DNA of 37,430 nucleotides from Octopus sinensis (GCF_006345805.1 NW_021835952.1:1-37430), one strand, 5' to 3'. Positions 11,526 through 25,094 are shown, counted from the stretch's first letter. Translations and numbers: made by a program. Notes: generated by a model from the sequence alone, not told the origin.

Positions 11526-11615
11526 AGTTGAAATTTACAGAAAAGCAAAAGACGAAGACAGGTGTATAAACAAAAAACAGGTGTATTAGTTTGACGCTCG
11601 GGAAGGTGAGAAAGT

Positions 11616-11651
11616 CTTTTACGTTTCGAGCCTACGCTCTTCAACAGAAAG
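11616..11651 (-). ncRNA. Minimal type I hammerhead-like motif, variant core (A6U)
   Basis: Minus strand: CTTT-CTGTTGA-A-GAGC-GTAG-GCTC-GAA-ACGT-A|AAAG. Stem I has 4 bp, stem II has 4 bp and stem III is the palindrome ACGT. Confidence 0.55.
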
Positions 11652-12756
11652 GAACACGAAGGAATAAACAGAGAGAGAATAATAAAAAACTTCTGGAGCT
11701 AGTGGTCAATCATGGCGACTGGTTAGAAAAACGTAGTTGCAGAGTAGAGCTAGGAAGAAGTGAAGTTAATAAAGTACTGGTGATCCCAGAACGAATGTGC
11801 ACGTACATGTATGTGTGCGTATGGATAGGGGCTGGTGACTTTGACGTATGGATGTGTGCGTGTCTGTAGATGATGGTGTGGGCGCTGGGAAGTGATTAGT
11901 GCTAGTGTGTGCGGAGTGGTGTGGGGTGGTGTGATGTGATATGGTGGTGTGTTTTGTGGTGGTGTGGGGAGGTGAGGGTGGGGTCTTACTTTGGGGTGAG
12001 GATATATATATATAGAGAGAGTGAGATAGGTAAATTGTCGCCATTTTATATTTCTAATATCACACATGCGTATTGTTTGTTTTTGATTTTGTCGACTACA
12101 CAGTAGAGTAGGATCAGTTGGGCACCGTCTGTGAGAAAAAACAGCACCGTGGTGCAATTCACTCTGCCAGGTTCGAGAAAAGGGGCCAATAGAATAAGTG
12201 CCAGGCTTTAGAAAAAATAAGTAGGGGGAGCGATTCGTTCGACTAAAAAGTCTCCAATGCGGTGCCCCAGCATTGCTGCAGTGTAATAACTGAAACAAGT
12301 AAAAGATAAAAATAAAACATATACAAATATATATAAATAACCGTACATGTGGAATTTCGTAAGCTGAGCACCTAGAAAGTTTACCACACACGTGTAAACC
12401 CTGCAAAATATCTGCAGTAGTTCTGCGAAGACTTGCAGGTCTTACAATAAAAGGGAAAACATCAGGGCCCCGTTGCTGAGTTCAAATTCATCACATCAAT
12501 GGCCGATATTAAACCCTTTTCATTTATATCGATGTAAGCGATGGCTGTCGCTTCCTTGTACGAATCTATGATTTGCAGAACTCAACGGGTTTGTTTATTT
12601 ACATCATTTCCCAGTGGGAAGGTAAAAGCAGTTTCGAATATTTCTGTTTATTAGCATTTTGCTTACGATATTTGGGTGTCAACAGACGGGGGAAAATGTC
12701 CGCAAACCGTAGTGCACAGAGCCAGACTCTTTAAATTCTGCTAGAATATCATCGAA

Positions 12757-12889
12757 TTCATGTTGAATTGATAAAAGGTGGGTTTTTCCTGATATTTTAT
12801 TTATATATTATGTTGTGTGGAATTTGATTTAGTATTTCTAAATTGAATTCTTTTTCCTTGTAAGTTTGGATTATATTCCCTCAAATAAT
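12757..12889 (+). repeat. Dispersed ~135-nt repeat, copy 2 (copy 1 at 744-878)
   Basis: Direct sequence match to 744-878. Confidence 0.85.
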
Positions 12890-12896
12890 AATTATT

Positions 12897-12961
<65 letters not shown>

Positions 12962-13111
12962 TATGTATACGTAATGAGGTAGTTTTGGTGACGCATTGTG
13001 AAGGTAGGATTTTAAAGAATGTAGTTGTGTAAGGGCGGAACAATGCGAGATGATACAAAGTAAACAAGAAAAGAAAAAGAAAAACAGAACAAAGTTATAG
13101 TTTTAAATGGT

Positions 13112-13151
13112 ATTTCTATATTTCGGAATGAAGACCCCTTCATCAGGACAT
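13112..13151 (-). ncRNA. Minimal type I hammerhead ribozyme motif
   Basis: Minus strand: ATGTC-CTGATGA-A-GGGG-TCTTCA-TTCC-GAA-ATAT-A|GAAAT. The core is canonical and stem I pairs 4 of 5. Confidence 0.65.
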
Positions 13152-13199
13152 TCAGAAAAGCGATAGCTGCTTCCTCAGTAAATTTTTTCCGACTCCCAC

Positions 13200-13240
13200 T
13201 TTTCCTGAAGAAGGGGTCTTCACTCCGAAATATATAAATA
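13200..13240 (+). ncRNA. Minimal type I hammerhead ribozyme motif (inverted partner of 13112-13151)
   Basis: TTTC-CTGAAGA-A-GGGG-TCTTCA-CTCC-GAA-ATAT-A|TAAA. The first stem I pair is mismatched, so it may be inactive. Confidence 0.6.
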
Positions 13241-13462
13241 CAACTTCGTTGTTTTCTTTTCATTTTGTAGTTTATCTTTTACCTTCTCGCATTTTTCCAA
13301 CTTTACACAACTACATTCAATACATATATATATATATATATATATACCGGAGTAAACACATAAATGTGAAACAAGGTGGAAAGAAGAGTACTCAAATACC
13401 AGTGGTAGAGTAATATGCTTTATTTTAAGCAGCAGAAAATTCAGCAGAAAATTCAACAAAAT

Positions 13463-13500
13463 CTGTTACTCTGAGTTTCTCGTTGCCGTTCATCAGACAG
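13463..13500 (-). ncRNA. Minimal type I hammerhead ribozyme motif inside a long hairpin
   Basis: Minus strand: CTGT-CTGATGA-ACG-GCAA-CGA-GAA-ACTCAGAGT-A|ACAG. Stem I continues into a perfect 25-bp inverted repeat (13418-13442 / 13509-13533). Confidence 0.7.
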
Positions 13501-13533
13501 TTTTGCTAGAATTTTCTGCTGCTTAAAATAAAG

Positions 13534-13560
<27 letters not shown>

Positions 13561-13564
<4 letters not shown>

Positions 13565-13797
13565 CTTTATTACCCACAAGGGGCTAAACATAGAGGGGAC
13601 AAACAAGGACAGACAAAGGGATTAAGTCGATTACATCGACGCCCCACCCAGTGAGAAACTGGTACTTTATTTATCGACCCCGAAAGGATGAAAGGTAAAG
13701 TCGATCTCGGCGGAATTTGAACTCAGAACGTAACGACAGACGAAATACCGCTAAGCATTTCGCCCGGCGCGCTAACGAGTCTGCAGCACGCCGCCTT
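13561..13797 (-). mobile_element. SINE family B, full copy
   Basis: Reverse complement of the 9351-9583 consensus. Confidence 0.9.
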
Positions 13798-13798
13798 A

Positions 13799-13831
<33 letters not shown>

Positions 13832-13889
13832 GCGTGTGTAATGTGTGTTTATTTAAGTATGCATGTATGTACGTATGCATGTATGTATG

Positions 13890-13930
<41 letters not shown>

Positions 13931-14097
13931 ATATATATATAATATATATATATATACACATATATTTCCACATAAGCTGATACGGCGAACGACTGGCAAA
14001 CACCAAATACTAATCGAATAAAATATGAAGAGATGTAGGGAGTGATCCTTCGATTATCGTGCCATATGTAACAGTTAATATATACCTATATATATAT

Positions 14098-14128
<31 letters not shown>

Positions 14129-14157
14129 ATATACATATATATACACGCGCAAACATG

Positions 14158-14211
<54 letters not shown>

Positions 14212-14246
14212 TATGTATGCATGCAAAGATGTATATATGTCTGTGC

Positions 14247-14279
<33 letters not shown>

Positions 14280-14296
14280 CTTTCATATATTTCTGA

Positions 14297-14336
<40 letters not shown>

Positions 14337-14434
14337 CGGAAATATGTTTTGGTGCAGTTCACATATCATCAAATAAATTTTTCATAACGATTTATATCTA
14401 AAAAGAGATAATGCATGCATGTATTTGTTGTGTG

Positions 14435-14469
<35 letters not shown>

Positions 14470-14649
14470 GTGTTTGTGTGTGTGTGTGGTGTGTGTGTGT
14501 GTGTGAGCCTAGAAAATCAGCTCATATTTTCATAAATCTGTAAGAGCAGAAAGCCTGAGACGGGACAACCACCTACACGTAGACGCTCTCAGGCAGACAC
14601 CCGTCAACATACACGCGTCCACATACACACACGCCCACGTATACAAGTT

Positions 14650-14714
<65 letters not shown>

Positions 14715-14844
14715 CACACAAAGACGAAAGCATACGTAGACATGAATAAATATTCGTAAGCACACATTCACATATCAATATAGACCACCTCTTATATACA
14801 TACATATACATACACATCTACATGCACTCACCAAACAAATATTT

Positions 14845-14853
14845 ACTACCACA

Positions 14854-14908
<55 letters not shown>

Positions 14909-15120
14909 TAGTTAGTAGTAGTAGTAGTAGTAGTAATATTTCCACAAAAATCATAAACACCACCACCACCACCACTACTACTGCTACTACAGCCACTGCC
15001 ACTGCTGGTGTTACTACTACAACTACGACTTTTACCACTACTACTACTAACACCCCGCTACAACTACCACTAACATATAGGTACTTGAAATATTACTTAA
15101 ACTATTACTACTACTACTAC

Positions 15121-15158
<38 letters not shown>

Positions 15159-15272
15159 TAATAATGATAATATGAATAATGATAATAATAATAATAATAA
15201 TAATGATAATAATGATAATAATAATAATAATAACAACAACAACAACAACAACGACACAACAACAACAACATC

Positions 15273-15307
<35 letters not shown>

Positions 15308-15600
15308 AATGATAATAATAATAATAATAAAAATAATAATAATAATAAAACAAGGCCAATAACGGAAGCAGTAACAACTCAATACCAACAGCAGCAGCAG
15401 CAGCGGCAGCAACACAAACGAGAACGATAACCATACAAGAACAACAACAACAACAACAAGAACAACAACAAACTGCAAAAGCAAATGTAACAACAATCAT
15501 TGTAACATAAGCTGCAGCACCACAACCACCACCAACAACAGCAGCAGTAGCAGTCGCAGCAGCAGCAGTAACATCATAAACAGCCAACCAATGTACCATC
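14845..15600. repeat. Compound trinucleotide array (ACT/AAT/AAC/AGC)
   Basis: Direct inspection. Confidence 0.9.
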
Positions 15601-15673
15601 AATAACCAACCTTTTGTTGTGACGAATTACAAACCTAACAGACCAAGTTATTCTTAGCGTCCGACTAATTTCG

Positions 15674-15706
15674 ACGCATGCGCGTAGGCGCAGCCCTACC
15701 GGAAAT
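15674..15706. promoter_or_regulatory. Possible NRF1-like (acgcatgcgc) plus ETS-like (accggaaat) motif pair
   Basis: A short CpG-rich stretch in AT-rich context that matches known consensus motifs. No downstream exon identified. Confidence 0.25.
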
Positions 15707-16133
15707 GCTTTTATCAAATTCAAAAAACATCCCAAGCATTTTTTAATTTATAGTTTTCGTTTTCTTTTTTTTTCCATATTTATATATTTTGTTATTTATT
15801 TTTTTCAGACATTAAATAACTTGAAAGCTTTCAATATAATATAATATATTTTCTATTATTTAAATTCTTTTCAATTTCTTGTGACAATTTTATGTATTAT
15901 ATTCTCAAATGTTTCACATTTTTTTCAATACTACTTCTGTTTAGCGTTTAGTATTTCATATTGTGTTGCATTTATATATATATACACATACTTAAATATA
16001 TATAAATACACACTTATAAACACACATATATATATGTGTGCGTGTGTATGTATGTATGTATGTATGTCTGTATGTATATATATACATATATATATATATA
16101 TACATACACACACATATATGTCTGTATATATAC

Positions 16134-16168
<35 letters not shown>

Positions 16169-16318
16169 GTGTGTGTGGTGTGTGTGTGTGTGTGGTGTGT
16201 GTGGCGTGTGTGTGTGGTGCATTGTTACTTTCAATAGAAATATTTCGATTTCGAATTTACATCCTAAGTTTATTGTTCATAAATTCTAATTCAGCTTTCT
16301 TTTATGCACGATATATAT

Positions 16319-16362
<44 letters not shown>

Positions 16363-16364
16363 TT

Positions 16365-16395
<31 letters not shown>

Positions 16396-16539
16396 GTATA
16401 TATATATACTTGTATATAATATAGATATATATATACGTTTATTATGTATATAATACTTGTATATGTGTGTATATATATATTTTCTATATATATACTTGCA
16501 TATATATATATATATTATATTTATATATATATTATATTG

Positions 16540-16581
<42 letters not shown>

Positions 16582-16707
16582 TAGATAGATAGATATATAT
16601 GTATGTACGTATATACAATATATATAATATATATATATATATATATGTGTGTGTTTGTGTTGTGTGTGTACATATATATGGATGCATTCATCTCCCTCTG
16701 TCTCCCT

Positions 16708-16744
<37 letters not shown>

Positions 16745-17400
16745 TGTATGTGTGTATGCATATATATGCATGTGTATGTGTGTGTGTGTTCGTTTGTATA
16801 TGTTTGTGTGTGTGTGTGTGCACACATACCTATACAATTTTTTACTCCGTTCCTCGCTTGTTAATTTTTATTGCTGCAAATTATTTTCAAAGGTTTACTT
16901 CCTTTCATATTTTAATTCCATAAATACACACATGTATATATACTTATATACAGGTATTCGTGTGTAATTATGTGTGTGACTGTGTGTATGTGAGTGTGTG
17001 GGCGACTGCGTTAGCGTACCTGGATGCGCATGCGTTTGTCTGAGTGGATATATGCTTTATGTATATATGCATGCATACACATATATATATATGTGTGTGT
17101 GTGTTTATGTATATGTGAAATAGTATATAATAATATATTATCTCTATAACATACATACATACATACATACATACATACATTACATACATACAAGCATATT
17201 CATATACAACCGTACACATATATTAGAATGTGTCTATTGAAAGGAGAGATACGACTGCGCATCCGGCTTAAAGAATGTATACTTTTATATGTACACACAC
17301 ACACATACACACATGTAAATTATGCATACACAATTGTGTATAGATATAGATATAATAGATAGATAGATAGATAGATAGATATATAGATACATTATATATA

Positions 17401-17433
<33 letters not shown>

Positions 17434-17924
17434 CATACATATATATGCAAGTATATGTGTGTGTATGGTTGAATACATGTATATATGTCATTATATATAT
17501 ATACATACATTCAATGCATGCATACATCACACAATATTTGTATGTATGAATATATATGTATTCATATACGTATATATGTATACACACTTATGTGCATATA
17601 TATATAGACTTGTATATGCACCTATGTGAATATATATACATATATACACATATATATTTGTGTATACGTATATACATATATATGTATATCTTTGGTGTAT
17701 ATGCATGTATACATATATGTATGAATGAATAAATGTATATCTCTATGTACATTTGCATTTATGTATGTATATATGTACGTATGTATATATGTCTGAATGT
17801 ATGTATGTATGTATGTATGTATGTATGTATGAAAGTAATCGTAGATATAACATCACAATTGATAGAAACGATGCCGACGTCGGCAAGATAAAAACTACTG
17901 ATAATAATAATAAAAAATCAGAGA

Positions 17925-18480
<556 letters not shown>

Positions 18481-18631
18481 TGCGTATGATAGCAAAAATG
18501 GGTGAGGATGAAAGTGAAGAAAAGTGGAAAAACCAACAAGATCACGGAGATAAATTGCTGGATACTGTTAAAAATTTGTAATAAATCAAATTATTAACGA
18601 AAAGCGCCAGAAAATAAAACCTACAGAGAGA

Positions 18632-18679
<48 letters not shown>

Positions 18680-18801
18680 TGAGAGAGAGAGCGAACTGGA
18701 ATACATCAACACTATACACGTATGCACTTGCATATACACACACCATACCTATATATATATATACGTATATATGTATATATATATATGTGTGTGTGTATGT
18801 G

Positions 18802-18884
<83 letters not shown>

Positions 18885-19116
18885 TGTAAAAATATTGTAT
18901 GCGTATCCAGATGGGCACATGTCTATACTCAAATGCATATATACATACTTGTGCGTTTGCGTTCGCACGGGCACTTGCTACTAACCTACCTACAGTATAA
19001 CTTATATGTTATAATTACATCACTATATCGATTTTATCTATGTATCTATCTATCAATACATGTGTGGTGTGTAGTTAGATACTACATCATATATATTTAT
19101 ATATATATATATATAT

Positions 19117-19190
<74 letters not shown>

Positions 19191-19589
19191 GTATATATAT
19201 ATAATATATATATAGATATATATATGTATATATATATATCAATATATAAATATGTGTGGTATATTTTCGCATATACACACGTACATGAATAAATACGTAT
19301 CTATGTATATATGTATGCTTATATATATATATATACACACATATATATATATGTATATACATGTACTTATGTATATACGTATATATATGTATATATATAT
19401 ATATATTCCATACCTGTTCGTTTAAACATATCCATATTATTCATATTATATAACAAGATACACGTACACATTCTCGTATTAGTATAACCGTACAGTAAAT
19501 AATATAAACCTCCGTACGGCCAGCACACCTAGATACATACAAACACAAAATACCAAGTACCTATATACATCCATCCATCCATCCATACC

Positions 19590-20010
19590 CATATACATAG
19601 CTATATATACATACATATATATATAAATGTATATGCATGTAGGTATATATACTTGTATATAAATGTATGTATGTATGTATGTATGTATGTATGTATGTAT
19701 GAATGTATGTATGTATGTATGTATGTATGTATGTATGTATGTATGTATATATGTATGTATGTATATATGAATGTATGTATGTATGTATATATATATGTAT
19801 GTATGTATGAATGTATGAATGTATGTATATATATGTATGTATATATGAATGTATGTATGTATGTATGTATGTATATATGTACGTATGTAAATATGAATGT
19901 ATGTAAGTATTTATATATGTATGTATGTATATATGTATGTATGTATGCATAAGTATGTATTTCTATATATGTATGTATATGTACTTCTATATATGTATGT
20001 ATATAAGAAT
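19590..20010. repeat. (TATG)n array
   Basis: Direct inspection. Confidence 0.95.
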
Positions 20011-21386
20011 ATACACACAACTGTCATTGAATCCCCGTTGTTGATTTATCAATAATCGTATTTTTAATTTCATTTCTTTTTCCTTCCCATATTTCATATA
20101 TTTGATATATTTCTCTGTTCTTCATTATAAAACCATTTTCGCTGTTCCTGTTTTCTATATTCCTCGTATTTATTCTTTCAATTTTTCACCATCTTCGCTT
20201 CATAGATAACTCTTTTTTTAAATCTCTCTTTCTCACTTTTTTCTCTTCCTCTGCTTGTTTCCTACCATCGGTGGTTTTTGTCTTTCTGTTTCGCTAAAAG
20301 TATGTATGTATATGCGCATATCTATATATACACACATTTGCATACATGTATATAAATATATATGCGCGTGGGGAGGGGTTGAATGTGTGTGTGGGCACGC
20401 GCAGAAATATGTGGTAAGCTGATAGTTTCATCCTAGCCTTCTCCTTCCCTTTCCTACACAACCACTTTTCCTGTTTGTCTAAAGCACAGTTAATTTTAAT
20501 TCACATTGCTCCACCAACCAAAGCAGTGCCTCGCCAAATGCAGTATATATATACTCAGAAAGGACCGAAGTAAACTACAGTCTGATGACGGCCAATAAAC
20601 CAAAACTTGAAAGTCGATATATCAGTACTAATGTATACATATTTCTATGCACGTTTGTATGTATGTCTCTCCTACTTTTAAATTATATAAATCTTCCACT
20701 AAGGAGGGAGCCGGTTTCCAACAAAGATACAAGCCTTCATCTTTGGGATGTAGTTAACACAGACAAATTCACATTTGGAACTTGAAAAAAGTCTTGCATA
20801 TTTTAACTGTTTTACTCACAGATTGCACTTGTAATGTATGAATCAGCCGGTCGATTTCTCTTTCTGAAAATCCCAGTTTATCCAGATTCTCCTTTAAGCA
20901 TTTATTATGTATGTATGTACGTATTTATGTATGTATTTATGTATGTATGTATGTATATATGTATGTGCGGATGTATGCATAATGGTGTATGGTGGCTGCC
21001 CCCTCGTTATAGAGTATGGCCATTGCACGAAGCTTAATCAATGTTGTTATCGTGCAATGCCTGTGCAAAAAGATTTTTTTTTTTAAATGAGGAAAGGCTG
21101 TGCACTGAGTCAATCCCACTCACTAAGCAACAGCAGCCATAATCCGAAAAGAAGAACGAGTCAACATCATCGATAACCACTGAGCCACAGGTTTTATGTC
21201 GGAGTTATCCCAGTAACCTGAGTTACCTTCTCCTAGGGGGATGCCCTAACAAAGGCTAGGAGTCCTTCACTCCCAATGGTTTAACCGCGCGATTGGGTAT
21301 TCAGTCCGATTATTTCTATGTCCGCGCGCATGATACAGCCTTAAGCTGGATAAGATTGATATAAGGAGGAAAAAAAAAGAAACATA

Positions 21387-21420
<34 letters not shown>

Positions 21421-22548
21421 ACTGATATACAAAATATATGATGTGAAGTATATAAAGATTTATATAATGAACAAGCTATAAAAATATACAATATATAAAA
21501 ATTAGTGAGAAAAAGGCAGATATACAGTAAATATATAATTACACATTTATTGGATGGCCGTTGACTCTCAAGAGTTCCTCCGCCCTTTGATGGGTTTTGT
21601 TTTTCCTCCCGCAAGGTGTCCAATAAACACCCTCCTCACCAAGCAAGCTTGGTGGGGTTGCCGGTTTAGTCGCCGACGACCCGACCATGCAACAGGTGTT
21701 ACATGTTACCAGTAGCACCCGAAAGTGACCTGACCCTATAATGACGTATACATGTATGTATTATGACAGGATCTTTAGGTTTTAGTCCTCGACTGTACCC
21801 TTTCCTTATTTTTCTCTCCCTCACGTCCCTCATTTCTCTCAATGCATATTTTCAATTTCATCTCCTCAATGTCTTTGTTTCTTCAATTTTTTCAATCTTG
21901 TGTAAAAAGCGAATCCTCCGTGTTCCCTCCTTCGTCCAGCCATATTTCGTTCTTGTTTCTTCTTCCTTTATTTCTTTCCTTCTTTCTCTTCGCTGTGTGG
22001 ATGGGTATTATGCTTTGTTCCCTATGACTTTCTATCTTTATTCTCCTCTCTTCTGCTCATCACACACACACAACACACACATACATACATACATACATAC
22101 ATACATACATACATACATACATACATACATACATACATACATACATACATACCTATATGCAGTAAGGCATAGATGTATATATGTAATGTATTTTGTTTAC
22201 AACAAAATAATTTTTCATGTTAAAAGGAAAATATATGATCAGCTTAGATAAGGTTCTCTTGTTGGCACGAAAACCTCTTCTGTGCTAATTCAGAGCCAAG
22301 TCTTGCCCTCAGTCCCAGCAGACCACCAGAGCCCGACCTGATCGGCTACAGCTGGACACTTCATGACCCGTCGTCTCCTCCCATGTGATGGCCATGGTCA
22401 TCATCGACAAAGATGGAAGAAACAAATTTGTAATCGTTCACATGCATGCTCCGGTCTCTGGCCCAACCCACAAGCTTTTTGGCTCCTCTCTCCCACTAAT
22501 TACTGCTCTCTGTCTCTGTCTCTCCCTCTCTTTCTCTTTCTCTCCCTC

Positions 22549-22803
22549 GGGACAAAACACACACACACACACACACACACATATATGTATATATAAATAT
22601 ATATGTGTATGTGTGTGTGTGTGTGTGTATACATATATACGACGGGCTTCTTTCAGTTTCTGTCTACCAAATCCACTCACAAGGCTTTCGTCGACCCGAA
22701 GCTATAGTAGAAGACACTTGCCCAAAGTGCCATGCAGTGGGACTGAACTCGGAACCATGTGGCTGGAAAGCAAGCTACTCACCACACAGCCACTCCTGCG
22801 CCT
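22549..22803 (-). mobile_element. SINE family A, 5' half
   Basis: Reverse complement of the family head and internal microsatellite. Confidence 0.85.
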
Positions 22804-23790
22804 ATATATATATATATATATATATATAAATTTTTTAAATGTATGGCTGAATGCACAAACGAAAAACAGATGCAGAATGGTAAAATTTAAAAACAAACAT
22901 ATAGTAATTGCACAGACGAACGGAAAACAGACACAGAAGATCACCAACCCTTCGTCAGTTATCAGCCTGTGAGTCTGATGCAATACACATAAGTGTGTGT
23001 GGTGTGGTGTGGTGTGGTGTGGTGGTGTGTGTTGTAGGTGCGTTGTGTGTGTGTGTGTATGTGTATGTGTGTGTGGTGTGTGAATGTATATGCGTACATG
23101 TGTGTATACACGTATTTATGCGCGTCGGTTTATGTGTGTACGCATGTATCTATGCCACTTTGTATGTGAATATATGCATGCGTGTACGTGTGTATGTATG
23201 CATAAATATATGTATTTGTGGATGTATGTATGTAACATCGCCGTTATTATCATTACCGTCATCAACCAACGCTGACATCTTCGCCATCACTACCAAGACC
23301 AACATGAGGATCCCCCTACCTCCACCTCTTTCTCCAGATCAGCATCATCATCATCATCATCATCATCTCTACAACTAAAATCATCATTATCATCACCATC
23401 GCTAATATCATTCTCACCATTATTATCATCACCGTCATCAAAATGTTATCAAAAACAAAAAAAAATAAATAAAAAGCATAAAACAATTGCAACGACTTTT
23501 GAAAAACAAACAACAGCAATAAGAAGAACGATATCATATCAACCGTATTTGCAAGCCCCAATAGCAACACTTTTCGCTAGCAACAACGGTAAAGTATCGC
23601 GTCAAGCATAGAAGGAACAATAGCAACATCTTTAACAACAAAACTATTAGGTCAGCCATATTCGTAACAACCGTAACATCTATAATATCAATCACATTAG
23701 CAACAGCAGCAGCAACACTAACAACAATAATAAAAACACCAAATAACATCATAGAATAAAAAATTGTCTAGCGCAGTTCTATAGTGTACT

Positions 23791-23796
23791 GTCTCT

Positions 23797-23837
<41 letters not shown>

Positions 23838-23864
23838 CTGGTGGTTCGAGCCCACCCAGGGACG
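23791..23864 (+). tRNA. trnN-GTT: tRNA-Asn (anticodon GTT), copy 1
   Basis: Complete 74-nt cloverleaf: acceptor GTCTCTG/CAGGGAC, D-stem GCGC/GCGC, anticodon stem TTCGG/CCGAA with GTT at 23825-23827, T-stem GGTGG/CCACC. Confidence 0.97.
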
Positions 23865-23870
23865 TGTGTG

Positions 23871-23876
23871 TTTTTT
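23871..23876 (+). terminator. Pol III oligo-dT terminator of tRNA copy 1
   Basis: T6 run beginning 7 nt after the tRNA 3' end. Confidence 0.75.
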
Positions 23877-23923
23877 ATATGTATATTTTGCTGTTGCATA
23901 ATGCTTGCTCTTTAATAGTTTTT

Positions 23924-24126
23924 AGGCGCAGGAGTGGCTATGTGGTAAGAAACTTGCTTTCCCAACCACATGGTTCCGAGATCAGTGCCCCTGCGTGGCA
24001 CCTTGGGCAACTGTCTTCTACTATAGCCGCGGGTCGGTCAAAGCATTGTGATTGAGTTGAATTCGTCGACGGAAACTGAAAGAAGCTCGTCGTATATATA
24101 TATATGTGTGTGTGTATAGATATATA

Positions 24127-24199
<73 letters not shown>

Positions 24200-24393
24200 T
24201 ACATGTCTATATGTGTGTATGTATTTGTGTGACTATATTTGTCCCCCTGACATCGCATGACAACCGATGCTGGTGTTTTTACGTCCCCGTAACTTCCAAA
24301 GAATAAGTCTCGGGGGTCTGTTTGCACGACTAAATGCGGTCCTCCAGCATGGCCGCAGTCAAATGACTGAAAGAAATAAAAGAATCAAGAAAA
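23924..24393 (+). mobile_element. SINE family A inside duplication unit 1
   Basis: Full family consensus; absent from unit 2. Confidence 0.9.
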
Positions 24394-24653
24394 GTGAACG
24401 CAGTACAATTTCCAACATGAAACGCAACATTTGCAATTTTGTTGGAGATCCTGGAGTCTTGCATACGTAGCGGGCTTACTACCTGCAGCCTACGGTACCA
24501 TGCTATTCGTTCTTTTCACCTATCTAATACTTTCCTGATTATTCTGGCCGTGCCAAGGAGGCAAACCTTTTGTACTGGGCACCCTATTCCAATTTCCTTT
24601 GTATTCCTCTTGATGCCTTCTGATACCGGGTTATTTCGTATTTAAGGGAGCTG

Positions 24654-24712
<59 letters not shown>

Positions 24713-24798
24713 ATCTATCTATCTATATCTATCTATCTATCTCTCTATCTACTTTTTATCTATCTATCTATCTACCTACCTATCTATCTATCTATCTC

Positions 24799-24858
<60 letters not shown>

Positions 24859-24939
24859 ATCTATCTATCTATATCTATCTACCTATCTATCTATCTACTT
24901 TTTATCTATCTATCTATCTACCTACTATCTATCTATCTC

Positions 24940-24975
<36 letters not shown>

Positions 24976-25094
24976 TCTATCTATCTATCTATCTTCTATC
25001 TATCTATATCTATCTATCTATAATCTATCTATCTATCTACTATCTAACTTTTTTATCTATCTATCTATCTACCTACTATCTATCTATCTATCTC

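Noticed and set aside
18953-18982. gtgcg...cgcacgggcacttgctact resembling a Helitron 3' hairpin end
   Set aside because: The terminal CTRR is not intact and there is no associated Helitron body.
20975-21340. Repeat-like segment with a 10-bp hairpin (cattgcacga/tcgtgcaatg), tested as an HDV-like ribozyme
   Set aside because: P3/L3 and P1.1 could not be formed in the required order.
21545-21745. Hairpin-rich segment tested as an HDV-like ribozyme
   Set aside because: A P1/P3-like pairing exists, but there is no GG for P1.1 and no J4/2-P2 closure.
22385-22490. FVIVHMHAP resembling a LINE APE endonuclease motif
   Set aside because: Too short and diverged to support.
22925-22960. Minus-strand CTGACGAAGGG hammerhead-like start
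   Set aside because: No stem II closure or GAAA follows.
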